Positions 11,623 to 22,501 of a stretch of 64,000 bases of DNA are shown piece by piece (positions within the stretch are counted from its first letter, which is position 1; each line of letters starts with the position of its first letter). The notes beneath the pieces are model-generated. The model was given only the letters and a program-made list of their open reading frames with translations. It was not told the origin of the DNA and searched no databases. Position numbers and translations under genes: made by a program. The DNA comes from Guillardia theta CCMP2712 (lineage: Eukaryota > Protista > Cryptophyta), in the NCBI RefSeq assembly GCF_000315625.1, contig NW_005434665.1, positions 384,848 to 448,847 on the forward strand, written 5' to 3'.

Positions 11623-14600
11623 TCACAGCTGGACAGACGGCGAAGCCCGAGGCGGGTCGTGAAAAATCCTCCCGATGTTTGTCGCCATGCTAGGCCGGCG
11701 AGGGAGAGAAGCAGGGGAGGTGACCCCTAGACGCCCGTTAGCACAACATGGCTCGGGAACGAGCCATTGACCATGGATACGAACAAGAGGAAAAGAGTAA
11801 ATGCCAGTGAATCCATTTGTGTACCTAAGACGATTAGTTAGGGTGCCCATCCATTTTCCTACATTCTCTACTGTACAGCGAGAGCTTAAATCTTCGTCAA
11901 CTATCAGATGTGATCGCTGCCTTCCTCCTCTGAGGTAGTGTTGAATCCAACACGTACTGAAAGGGCTGCGGCCATAGGAATCCAACGCTCCCGAGGTAAA
12001 GGGGCTCCCAGGAAGGAGGAAGAAACTGATTTCTTGTCTTGAGGGGGAACTATCAGGGCAAATAGCAGCAAACGAGGTGGGCTTACTTCAGTGTCCAGCC
12101 ATAGCTTGCTCGCTTGGAAAGCCGACGAGCTGGTGTGAGAGACGACAGCATAGTCAAGCTGCTTCAGCAAGACATCGTCATCTGCGAAACCATCAGACTA
12201 GAGTATCAAGAAAGAAACTCTGACTAGCCTCCTTGTTCCACTGTGACACCCTCATGCCCAACGTTGCTCAGTCTGGAGACTGCAGGACCAAGAATCATGT
12301 CCGGCATCTGTCCTGTCTGGGATTGAGAGAGATCAGAATTCATTGGAGAGCGATATTGGTAAAACCTGCGCAAGATGAAACAGTGACCAGTCCCATCCAT
12401 CGGGAAAGAAGTCAAAGTCGCTTCTCTTGATGTGCAAGTACCTGCATGATAGAAACAGCAGAGGAATGAGTTCGAGGACGCATACTCGGTATGCGCTCAC
12501 GTCGTTCGATTGAACGCTATCCCCGTGTTGATGAAAGTATGGCTCCTGCAAAGTTTCCACGCGTCCTGTTCGGTCACACCAGCATCTCCCGGCATGCATG
12601 CCCAACGAACGGTGACTCCCCAACATCTGGGGCAAGCTTCCCTCTTAAGGACGAGGAGATGATCAAGTAGGAGGAGATAGTCTGGGGTGACAACATGGTC
12701 TTCTTCCAGGAGCGCAATGTCACCATCCCATGCCTTCGTCTCGGGAACACTGTTCCAGAGCATGTCTTGCAACCAGATCCAGTGAAGCTGCAACCAGACG
12801 TCAGGAGACGAAAACAGGTCGAAACCTCCCTCCTGTCCACCTTGACAGCGAGGATCGGATGGTTCTTGATCAGATCCTCATTCACTGGGTGAAAGATGAT
12901 CCGCAGGGGAGCGAAGTCGACGCTCAGAGCAATCTCAATCATCTCTGCATGCACGCTGTCCATCGACACCACGATGACAACCGAGTCTTCTATCCTCTTC
13001 ACAGCCTTGAGTCCCTCTATCACCGCACGAAAATATTTCGGCCGCTCATGCACGTAGATGGCTATGGGAACCATCCGGCGGTCGGATGATTGAGAGCTGA
13101 GCCCCAGCAGAGGAGCCTTCTCGTTCCACTCGCTCTGGAGCCTCGCAAGCACTCGACCCACCTGCATGCAGGAATCTGGTCCTCCAACATCCGACCTGAA
13201 GGTCCGAGCGTCTTCAGAGAAACAATCAACAAGCTCTTGGGGGATCTTGAGCGCATGTGCCTGCATCAGGTTTGCCAAAATTTCAATCTTGCTCCTCCAT
13301 GCTTGTACGCTAGCCGGTTCCATCCTCGAGGCAATGTTAGTCCTTCGTTCTTCTGATTCTAATAGGCCAGTGGTCAATGCCTCCCATGAGGTTTCTTTTG
13401 AGGCTACTCTTCCTACCGTTCTGCGATCAGGAAAGCGTCCAAGCTTGGAAATGTATTCCCTCGTGACATTCCGAAGATGCGTTTCATATAGAGACACGGA
13501 ATCATCAGACAGCTGAGGGTTTGAGGTAGACAGAGCAAACTCAGTCTGTAGATAAAGTTTGTACGGGTAGCTGCTACATTCGAACACCCCGTTATCTTCA
13601 CAGCCGGACCTATCACACCATCTCCCTTGCCAGTAGGAATCATTTGCATCCTTGACATGGGAGCACTCTTCGTACGATCTCTTCAAAGACTCCAGGATAG
13701 TCAGAGCTCTCTTTCGCAGTCCTACCCCATAAAGATACTCTTCTGAGCTCTCAAATTCTCGTCTTAGCTCAGCTTCTGTCAGTTCCTTATTCACGATATG
13801 TCGAGCATAACCAGCCAGTCCTTGAGCATCTGGTTCCCGTCCTAGTACTTGTCGGTACAACATTTGGACAGACTTTCTTGCAGGCCCACACAACTCCTCC
13901 CCGCCTTTGAGGCAGAGATTCTTATATTCCTCAGACTCTTGAAGGATCGAACGGAGCTTCCGCACATGAAGCCCATCGTGCAACTCATTCCCGTAGCTCT
14001 GTACTCCTGAGGGGTCAACAGGACGGAGCAAAACATCCAGAAACATAGACTCCACCACATTTCTAGCCTTTGACGTGCAGGGTGCCGTAGAGCACTTGGT
14101 TCTATACTCGTCTGTGGCTCGGAGTTCTTGGGCCAGGTTTCTGTAGCCTTTCCCGTCTTTCATGTCAGCCACGAAAGCATCAGACTCTGAACTAGATGGC
14201 TCTCTTGCTAAAACAAACAGGTAGGCGTCTTTCGCACATGCCATCAAGAATCTCTCTAGGTGCGACCAAATTTTGGACTTTGCGGACTGAACTTCCAGTC
14301 TGAGGGCGTCCGAGTAGGATATATCGACAAGCATCTCCTCTGATCCGGTTGAGTTTGCGCAAACTCTCCAGAATTCGGGGCTGCAATCCAGCGATGCCGA
14401 GCACATTTCAGAGTTCTCGTCAGTCTCTGAGAACGACTTCAGGTCTGCATCCTCGACATAGGACTCGACCACTTGAATAATCGTCTCAGTGTCTATCTTG
14501 CTGCGTACAGATAGAAAGCTCGCCAGGTGACGAGAAAGCTCGAGCTTCAGCAAGTCTGCCCTGTGCTCCGTCAGTACGTCAGTGGATCCTACAGTCGGGA

Positions 14601-15202
14601 TCTGAGAAGCGATTCGTTGCCATCTTTCAATCTTGGTCAGGTCCAGCGTTCTCTCCAAGAAAGCAAAAATTCTCGAACATTCGTTGTGGTTGACGGAGTG
14701 AGCTAGGTTGGCATCTGAGTCCTGGCACTCGAACCCTGCCTGCCTCACAAAGTGCTCAGCAGAATGCCTCGGCCGGTGGCACACAGAAAGACAGAACGTG
14801 AGCGTAACGGTCAGGGCAATTCTACTCACATGGCGCAAGGTGGAGCAGTAGGAGAACTCTGAACGACTCTGAAATCCCGCCAGGGTCGCGTCGCCATGCG
14901 CGACTTCTGGTCCCAGCGATGCTTCAAAGGTTTTGCCTTCATCAAGATAAATGGCAAGACTTCTGCCAAAAGAGCAGCGGCACGTCACCTATCAGATAGC
15001 GGAAGTCCACCGGGGTCCCTCGCTTGCAAGTGCTCCATCGTATCTCTGCCAGCAGCTTCCTTGCACTGGTGGGAATCGAACTAGAAGAGACCAGGCAGGA
15101 AAGCAGCATTAGCAGCCGGACATCGAGGACCACGATCCCAGTGGACTTTCCACGGAGTGGCTGCCGGCTTCGTCGGGCATACATGCCTGTTTGATGTCCC
15201 AT
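11623..15202 (-). CDS. MGAT2: Type II membrane GT16/MGAT2-like N-acetylglucosaminyltransferase with DUF4214-like repeats
   Basis: IYVHERPKYF, VVSMD, K.HW.W, LLEEDH..TPDY, NTGIAFNR and WDWSL match GnT-II (similarity only, orthology not shown). Repeats such as LYRQVLGREPDAQGLAGY...FESSEEY. N-terminal hydrophobic segment. Confidence 0.75.
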
Positions 15203-15610
15203 ACAGGCTTTCAGTCTCAGCTGCTTGTCTGAAGCTCTTATCTCCCGTAGTCGTATCTTTTCTGTGTGGCACAGCTTCTTCAATCCGCCCTCGTCATCTC
15301 AAGAGTGAACTCGGCAACTCCGTGTCTTACTGGCGTGTCCTGCCATGGCTCCACTGCGTCCGGTCATGGCAGTCTTCGCCATCGGATAATCTGACCTCGC
15401 TCACCATAGCCATCTACTTTGCCGCTCATTTCTTTTTATGGACTGAAAAAGGAAAGGCAAACCGGAGCAAACAAGGAGGAAAAGGAGAAAACCTCAGCCT
15501 ACAAATCCGCCTCAAGAAAAAAAACAGGAAACGGAGGAGGCAGCAAATTGAAAACCGCTACTCCAACCACGCAAGCGACCGTACGGCATGCAAGACACAG
15601 TCACGGGCAC

Positions 15611-15676
15611 GCCGGCGGCCCGCCGGGCACAGCCTCCTAACTCGCCGGCGGCCCGCCGGGCACAGCCTCCTAACTC
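15611..15676. repeat. 33-bp perfect tandem duplication in a GC-rich island
   Basis: gccggcggcccgccgggcacagcctcctaactc occurs twice in tandem. Confidence 0.9.
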
Positions 15677-16267
15677 GCCGGCCGGCCGGCCTGCGACGGC
15701 GACCGTGACGGACTGGGCCGACAGTGGGCGCCCGGCGCGGCGCCCGGCCCGGCACCGGGGGCCGCCGCCGGAGGCTCGCGGTCGGAGTCAGTGATCCAAC
15801 TAGGCCCCCCAGCCTTCAAAGTACCATCGTGATCATTTATTTACTAATTAGCAGCGGCTGAGCCTAGCGGTGCCCGGCCCCCCCCGGACCGGGCCCCTCG
15901 GCCAGCCTCCGACGAGCTCGGAGCTCCGAGCGGGCCCCCCGATCCGATGCCACGGATCCGGCGCCGGCCCGGGAACCGGGCCTCAAGCCGGGCCCGGCCG
16001 CGGGGCAGTGTCAGTACTAGTACTATGCCGGCCCGGCCTGGCCTGGCCTGGCCGGGGAAGTTCAGCGAGCCTCGAGGCTCCGAGACTCAGAGAACGGCCG
16101 CGACCTCAGTGAATGCGCCCCGGGCCGAGCCCTGTGCCCCTGCGGGCCGCCGCTTCTGCCCCCCGGCCAGCCTGTGTGTGGCGTCTGATCCTCGAGTTAA
16201 AATTAGACTTTTAATGAATCGCTATAAAATCGACCGGTGTCCGTGTGATTTGCAGTTCGCCACGCCC

Positions 16268-16467
16268 CAGCGCTTACGGAGATAAGCAAAGAGACTTACG
16301 GAACTTACAACTCAGTACGGAACCTAAGTTAGGATTTACAGAACTCAGAACTTACGGAACTCAGAACTTACGGAACTCAGAACTTACGGAACTTACGGAA
16401 CTTCGAACCGTCCGTTACGGAGTACGGAACTTCCGAACTTACGGCTTTACAACTTATTTTTTTTTAG
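16268..16467 (+). repeat. AACTTACGG/AACTCAG short direct-repeat array, copy 1
   Basis: 10 TACGG cores and (AACTCAGAACTTACGG)x3; ends in a T-tract plus AG. Confidence 0.92.
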
Positions 16468-16525
16468 CCTGCCAGCATCGATCCCTTCCTCCTTGTCCCC
16501 CTGCCTCCTACCTGTGTACTGCTCC

Positions 16526-18973
16526 ATGCAAGCCCCTCCTGCTACCCCCTCCATGGCCCGCAACAAGCGTGACGCCATCTATCGCATCCTCGCTCAGATG
16601 AAGCAAGACGGCATCAACATATCTGACCTGGAGGCGTGCCGCTCTCACGGGGCGAGCTCGACGACCTCGGACATGGAGGACGCATGCTCAGCTCAATCTG
16701 ACTCCTCCCCGTCCCTCTTGGCCTCCCCAGTATCGTTGGATGACAGCCCGCTCCCACGTGGCCAAAGTCTCCCCAAGCGGTCGCGGAAGCGGACGCGGGC
16801 GACCATGGACTCTGACGATGAGACTGGGAGCGTCCAGTCTACCTCGGTTCAGCTTAAGGCTCGGCGTTCGCTCGCGCACGACTTTGCCAGCCACTCCCCT
16901 TCGGACGAGGTGCTTGGCTCTCAGGATGAAGGCAAGGACGACGAGAACGACAGCGAAGGACCGAGCACAGCTCGTGTACCGCTCAGCACTGCGGCAGAAG
17001 ATGTCCAGGCTAGCCTCGCGTCCAGCATCTCCATTGACATGGACGAGGTTGAGCTGGTAGACACCTTCATGCGCCTCATCTTCCCTTCCGACGACCTCGC
17101 AGCTTCGGCCAAGCGGAGCAGGTATCGCTTCGATGTCCGACAGGCCATCCAGTATCAGGTCCGCAAGCTGCAGTCTGCGCGGACAGGCGGTCGCTGGAGG
17201 AGAGACATAGACCCCTCGCCAAACGGAGACATGCCCGAGATCATCGCGGGAGGCGTGACACAGAACGGCAAGACCCTCATCAAGGTCCTCGCCATCGTCG
17301 TCGGGCATCTTCTCGGCGTCTCCTCCATCATCGTCTCCACCACCAGGAGCGGCACCAGCTCTCTTAGCAACAAGATCGAGAGGTACCTCCTGCGCGACCT
17401 GCATCCGAAGCTTCAGCCCACCATCAAGCACATCTGCGAGCTCGATGCTCGCAAGCACGGGCCCGAGCCCATGTGCAACTTCCTGCGCAAGCATGGCTGC
17501 CTCTTCATTAACGACACGGCGAGACAGCTTTACAACGCCTCGCACACCATCCAGAGCGCCCGATCCTGCGCTCACCTGGGCGAGGACTTCCCATGCCAGC
17601 TCATCCTGGACGAGGCTGACTCCTACTACCGCAACAGCTCTGACCCGATCCAGCTCGAGAAGGCCCTCGCTGACCTCCACCAGCAGGTCAAGCCAGTCCT
17701 GCGCTGGAGCGTCTCAGCGACCTTGATCCCGGTCTTCCTTCACCTCAAGGACAAGAAGTTTGGTCTAGACTCTGACTCCATCATCTACACCCAGCCCGAC
17801 CACACCTACGTCGGCGTGCGCGACTTCAAGCCCCTGCAGATCGACGGCAAGAATCAGTTCCTCATGCCCAAGGACCTCAAGCCCGCCAACCTCTACTCCA
17901 ACCACCTCACCGACGAAGTCATCCGCCAGGCCGTCGACAAGCCTTGCTCGCTCACCCTCGTCATCACCAACCCGCGCGTCGACGCCGCCAACAATGTCTT
18001 CGAGCTCGCCAGGCGCATCCAGAACTCCTATCCCCGCGTCGCTGCCTTGATCGTCGTCGGGCGGGGCCGCTTCTACATGCCCCCGCCTCAGCCGCGACTG
18101 CCCGAGGACAGCATAGCCCCTCCGCCGGCATATGTGATCAGGAGGATGGACGTGTCGGCTTTGATTGAGGCGATCGACGGCCACGTGGGCCTTGAGACGC
18201 CGCTGGTGGTCCTCGGCTACTCTCAGATGATCCGCGGCGATACCTTCAGGAGCAACAGGCGGGTGCCCACCCACATCATCTGCGCGCTTGGCCGCGCCAT
18301 GAGCATCGAGAAGATGGTCCAGGCCATGGGGCGAGCGAGCTACCAGGACAGCAAGCTCGAGGACAACGGCTTCCAGCACGTCACCGTCCTCACGTACCCC
18401 CAGGACTTTGACTCGGCGCAGGCCTATCCGCAGTGGCTGGCGGAGATGCAGCAGAAGCTCCAAGAGGGCATGGGGATCAGCGAGGCCACGTCACGTTTGG
18501 CCACCTACTCGGACCGAGCCAACGTGATCTTCCGTCAGAACAAGCCCATCGGGCAGCGCAACGACAACCTGAGGCTTGAGACAAGCTTCGAGGACCCCGA
18601 GCCTGGCTGTGAGCGCCCAGGAAGAAAGTTTCTAGACCGCCTGCATGCCGAAGACCCAGTGCTTCAGACGCTGCGCGCAATCGCGATCGAAAACCGGGAG
18701 ACCAGCGAGACCTTCAAGCAGGAGCTGGTGGATTACAATTACAAGGGCACAGGCATGACGGCCAAGGAGTTTGCCGACGCTTACAACGAAAGAATCGGCG
18801 AAGGCTCCCGTCACGTGACCGTACAAGCCATCACCTGCAAGCTAGGGAAGCTGGTGGACAACGGCGTACTCGAGAGGTCCAAGGGGCGTCGGGTGCAGCC
18901 CACGAGGTACTGGATCGCGAGTAAGGAGCTGCTACAGCCGAGCACGGTGAGGGCGATGATGTCGAGCGAGTAA
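16526..18973 (+). CDS. Intronless SF2 helicase/ATPase of Z1-domain type with C-terminal winged helix, copy 1
   Basis: Motif I GGVTQNGKT, II LILDEAD, III SVSAT, Y..P...YVG, V GYSQMIRGDTF, VI MVQAMGR. C-terminal MTAKEFAD...LGKLVDNGVLER...RYWI. ATG at 16526 or 16553. Confidence 0.8.
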   Translation: MQAPPATPSMARNKRDAIYRILAQMKQDGINISDLEACRSHGASSTTSDMEDACSAQSDSSPSLLASPVSLDDSPLPRGQSLPKRSRKRTRATMDSDDETGSVQSTSVQLKARRSLAHDFASHSPSDEVLGSQDEGKDDENDSEGPSTARVPLSTAAEDVQASLASSISIDMDEVELVDTFMRLIFPSDDLAASAKRSRYRFDVRQAIQYQVRKLQSARTGGRWRRDIDPSPNGDMPEIIAGGVTQNGKTLIKVLAIVVGHLLGVSSIIVSTTRSGTSSLSNKIERYLLRDLHPKLQPTIKHICELDARKHGPEPMCNFLRKHGCLFINDTARQLYNASHTIQSARSCAHLGEDFPCQLILDEADSYYRNSSDPIQLEKALADLHQQVKPVLRWSVSATLIPVFLHLKDKKFGLDSDSIIYTQPDHTYVGVRDFKPLQIDGKNQFLMPKDLKPANLYSNHLTDEVIRQAVDKPCSLTLVITNPRVDAANNVFELARRIQNSYPRVAALIVVGRGRFYMPPPQPRLPEDSIAPPPAYVIRRMDVSALIEAIDGHVGLETPLVVLGYSQMIRGDTFRSNRRVPTHIICALGRAMSIEKMVQAMGRASYQDSKLEDNGFQHVTVLTYPQDFDSAQAYPQWLAEMQQKLQEGMGISEATSRLATYSDRANVIFRQNKPIGQRNDNLRLETSFEDPEPGCERPGRKFLDRLHAEDPVLQTLRAIAIENRETSETFKQELVDYNYKGTGMTAKEFADAYNERIGEGSRHVTVQAITCKLGKLVDNGVLERSKGRRVQPTRYWIASKELLQPSTVRAMMSSE

Positions 18974-19792
18974 TGCAGATATCGTATCGTTTGTGTGAGC
19001 CAGGCTTATAGAAGTAGCCTCGGATCTTCAAGGCTTGGCATGTTGTCTTGATTAAGAGTGTAATACCGGGTGTGTAATGAAGCCTCTGAAGTGTGTCAAG
19101 ACCTGCTCATCGCTGAGTGACCGTGCCGCGGTCACGGTGCCACCGGATTATCCGATGGCGAAGACTGCCATGACCGGACGCACCATAGCCATCTACTTTG
19201 CCGCTCATTTCCACCTCCACACAAACGTTTCACTCAATATTCAACATAAATTTATATCACTTGTGCTGCCCGCCCCGGCCCGGGCCGGGCCCCGGGCCGC
19301 CGGAGCCGGGCCCGGCGGTGACCGTCACCGTGCTAAGGGCAGTCACGGGCACGCCGCCGCCGCCGCCGGCCCGCCGGGCACACTGGCAGCCGGGGCCTGC
19401 CCGGCCTGCGACTCACCGACAGCGGGCGCCCGGCGGGCCCTGTCGCTCGCGGGAGTCCGTCATTTATTTACTAAGTTAGCAGCGGCTGATGAGCCTAGCG
19501 GTGCCCGCGGCCGCCAGCCTCCGACTCCGAGCTCAGTGCCGGGGCACCCCGACCCAAGCCTCGCACTGGCAGTCAATGAGTACCGTACCATCCCCGGGCC
19601 GGGCCGGGGAAGTGGCAGCGAGCCTCGGAACGGCCGCGACCTCAGTGAATGCGCCGCCCCAGTGTGCCCCCGGCGGCGGGCCCTTCTTCTGCCCCCAGGT
19701 GAATGGCGTCTGATCCTCGAGTTAAAATTAGACTTTTAATGAATCGCTATAAAATCGACCGGTGTCCGTGTGATTTGCAGTTCGCCACGCCC

Positions 19793-19992
19793 CAGCGCTT
19801 ACGGAGATAAGCAAAGAGACTTACGGAACTTACAACTCAGTACGGAACCTAAGTTAGGATTTACAGAACTCAGAACTTACGGAACTCAGAACTTACGGAA
19901 CTCAGAACTTACGGAACTTACGGAACTTCGAACCGTCCGTTACGGAGTACGGAACTTCCGAACTTACGGCTTTACAACTTATTTTTTTTTAG
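19793..19992 (+). repeat. AACTTACGG/AACTCAG array, copy 2
   Basis: Same sequence as 16268-16467. Confidence 0.92.
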
Positions 19993-20050
19993 CCTGCCAG
20001 CATCGATCCCTTCCTCCTTGTCCCCCTGCCTCCTACCTGTGTACTGCTCC

Positions 20051-22501
20051 ATGCAAGCCCCTCCTGCTACCCCCTCCATGGCCCGCAACAAGCGTGACGC
20101 CATCTATCGCATCCTCGCTCAGATGAAGCAAGACGGCATCAACATATCTGACCTGGAGGCGTGCCGCTCTCACGGGGCGAGCTCGACGACCTCGGACATG
20201 GAGGACGCATGCTCAGCTCAATCTGACTCCTCCCCGTCCCTCTTGGCCTCCCCAGTATCGTTGGATGACAGCCCGCTCCCACGTGGCCAAAGTCTCCCCA
20301 AGCGGTCGCGGAAGCGGACGCGGGCGACCATGGACTCTGACGATGAGACTGGGAGCGTCCAGTCTACCTCGGTTCAGCTTAAGGCTCGGCGTTCGCTCGC
20401 GCACGACTTTGCCAGCCACTCCCCTTCGGACGAGGTGCTTGGCTCTCAGGATGAAGGCAAGGACGACGAGAACGACAGCGAAGGACCGAGCACAGCTCGT
20501 GTACCGCTCAGCACTGCGGCAGAAGATGTCCAGGCTAGCCTCGCGTCCAGCATCTCCATTGACATGGACGAGGTTGAGCTGGTAGACACCTTCATGCGCC
20601 TCATCTTCCCTTCCGACGACCTCGCAGCTTCGGCCAAGCGGAGCAGGTATCGCTTCGATGTCCGACAGGCCATCCAGTATCAGGTCCGCAAGCTGCAGTC
20701 TGCGCGGACAGGCGGTCGCTGGAGGAGAGACATAGACCCCTCGCCAAACGGAGACATGCCCGAGATCATCGCGGGAGGCGTGACACAGAACGGCAAGACC
20801 CTCATCAAGGTCCTCGCCATCGTCGTCGGGCATCTTCTCGGCGTCTCCTCCATCATCGTCTCCACCACCAGGAGCGGCACCAGCTCTCTTAGCAACAAGA
20901 TCGAGAGGTACCTCCTGCGCGACCTGCATCCGAAGCTTCAGCCCACCATCAAGCACATCTGCGAGCTCGATGCTCGCAAGCACGGGCCCGAGCCCATGTG
21001 CAACTTCCTGCGCAAGCATGGCTGCCTCTTCATTAACGACACGGCGAGACTGAAGCTTTACAACGCCTCGCACACCATCCAGAGCGCCCGATCCTGCGCT
21101 CACCTGGGCGAGGACTTCCCATGCCAGCTCATCCTGGACGAGGCTGACTCCTACTACCGCAACAGCTCTGACCCGATCCAGCTCGAGAAGGCCCTCGCTG
21201 ACCTCCACCAGCAGGTCAAGCCAGTCCTGCGCTGGAGCGTCTCAGCGACCTTGATCCCGGTCTTCCTTCACCTCAAGGACAAGAAGTTTGGTCTAGACTC
21301 TGACTCCATCATCTACACCCAGCCCGACCACACCTACGTCGGCGTGCGCGACTTCAAGCCCCTGCAGATCGACGGCAAGAATCAGTTCCTCATGCCCAAG
21401 GACCTCAAGCCCGCCAACCTCTACTCCAACCACCTCACCGACGAAGTCATCCGCCAGGCCGTCGACAAGCCTTGCTCGCTCACCCTCGTCATCACCAACC
21501 CGCGCGTCGACGCCGCCAACAATGTCTTCGAGCTCGCCAGGCGCATCCAGAACTCCTATCCCCGCGTCGCTGCCTTGATCGTCGTCGGGCGGGGCCGCTT
21601 CTACATGCCCCCGCCTCAGCCGCGACTGCCCGAGGACAGCATAGCCCCTCCGCCGGCATATGTGATCAGGAGGATGGACGTGTCGGCTTTGATTGAGGCG
21701 ATCGACGGCCACGTGGGCCTTGAGACGCCGCTGGTGGTCCTCGGCTACTCTCAGATGATCCGCGGCGATACCTTCAGGAGCAACAGGCGGGTGCCCACCC
21801 ACATCATCTGCGCGCTTGGCCGCGCCATGAGCATCGAGAAGATGGTCCAGGCCATGGGGCGAGCGAGCTACCAGGACAGCAAGCTCGAGGACAACGGCTT
21901 CCAGCACGTCACCGTCCTCACGTACCCCCAGGACTTTGACTCGGCGCAGGCCTATCCGCAGTGGCTGGCGGAGATGCAGCAGAAGCTCCAAGAGGGCACG
22001 GGGATCAGCGAGGCCACGTCACGTTTGGCCACCTACTCGGACCGAGCCAACGTGATCTTCCGTCAGAACAAGCCCATCGGGCAGCGCAACGACAACCTGA
22101 GGCTTGAGACAAGCTTCGAGGACCCCGAGCCTGGCTGTGAGCGCCCAGGAAGAAAGTTTCTAGACCGCCTGCATGCCGAAGACCCAGTGCTTCAGACGCT
22201 GCGCGCAATCGCGATCGAAAACCGGGAGACCAGCGAGACCTTCAAGCAGGAGCTGGTGGATTACAATTACAAGGGCACAGGCATGACGGCCAAGGAGTTT
22301 GCCGACGCTTACAACGAAAGAATCGGCGAAGGCTCCCGTCACGTGACCGTACAAGCCATCACCTGCAAGCTAGGGAAGCTGGTGGACAACGGCGTACTCG
22401 AGAGGTCCAAGGGGCGTCGGGTGCAGCCCACGAGGTACTGGATCGCGAGTAAGGAGCTGCTACAGCCGAGCACGGTGAGGGCGATGATGTCGAGCGAGTA
22501 A
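20051..22501 (+). CDS. Intronless Z1-type SF2 helicase-wHTH, copy 2
   Basis: Same motifs as copy 1; two protein-level differences. Confidence 0.8.
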   Translation: MQAPPATPSMARNKRDAIYRILAQMKQDGINISDLEACRSHGASSTTSDMEDACSAQSDSSPSLLASPVSLDDSPLPRGQSLPKRSRKRTRATMDSDDETGSVQSTSVQLKARRSLAHDFASHSPSDEVLGSQDEGKDDENDSEGPSTARVPLSTAAEDVQASLASSISIDMDEVELVDTFMRLIFPSDDLAASAKRSRYRFDVRQAIQYQVRKLQSARTGGRWRRDIDPSPNGDMPEIIAGGVTQNGKTLIKVLAIVVGHLLGVSSIIVSTTRSGTSSLSNKIERYLLRDLHPKLQPTIKHICELDARKHGPEPMCNFLRKHGCLFINDTARLKLYNASHTIQSARSCAHLGEDFPCQLILDEADSYYRNSSDPIQLEKALADLHQQVKPVLRWSVSATLIPVFLHLKDKKFGLDSDSIIYTQPDHTYVGVRDFKPLQIDGKNQFLMPKDLKPANLYSNHLTDEVIRQAVDKPCSLTLVITNPRVDAANNVFELARRIQNSYPRVAALIVVGRGRFYMPPPQPRLPEDSIAPPPAYVIRRMDVSALIEAIDGHVGLETPLVVLGYSQMIRGDTFRSNRRVPTHIICALGRAMSIEKMVQAMGRASYQDSKLEDNGFQHVTVLTYPQDFDSAQAYPQWLAEMQQKLQEGTGISEATSRLATYSDRANVIFRQNKPIGQRNDNLRLETSFEDPEPGCERPGRKFLDRLHAEDPVLQTLRAIAIENRETSETFKQELVDYNYKGTGMTAKEFADAYNERIGEGSRHVTVQAITCKLGKLVDNGVLERSKGRRVQPTRYWIASKELLQPSTVRAMMSSE

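Noticed and set aside
16268-16467. CRISPR-like array next to a helicase (Cas3-like system)
   Set aside because: Repeats are 7-16 bp and contiguous, with no unique spacers of regular length. No HD nuclease or other cas genes.
16688-21991. Long antisense ORFs (330, 331, 232 aa)
   Set aside because: Shadow frames of the GC3-rich helicase ORFs.
16526-22501. Helitron or DEAD-box RNA helicase call
   Set aside because: No HUH/Rep motifs or SF1 Pif1 signature. The DEAD sequence lacks the accompanying PTRELA and HRIGR motifs.
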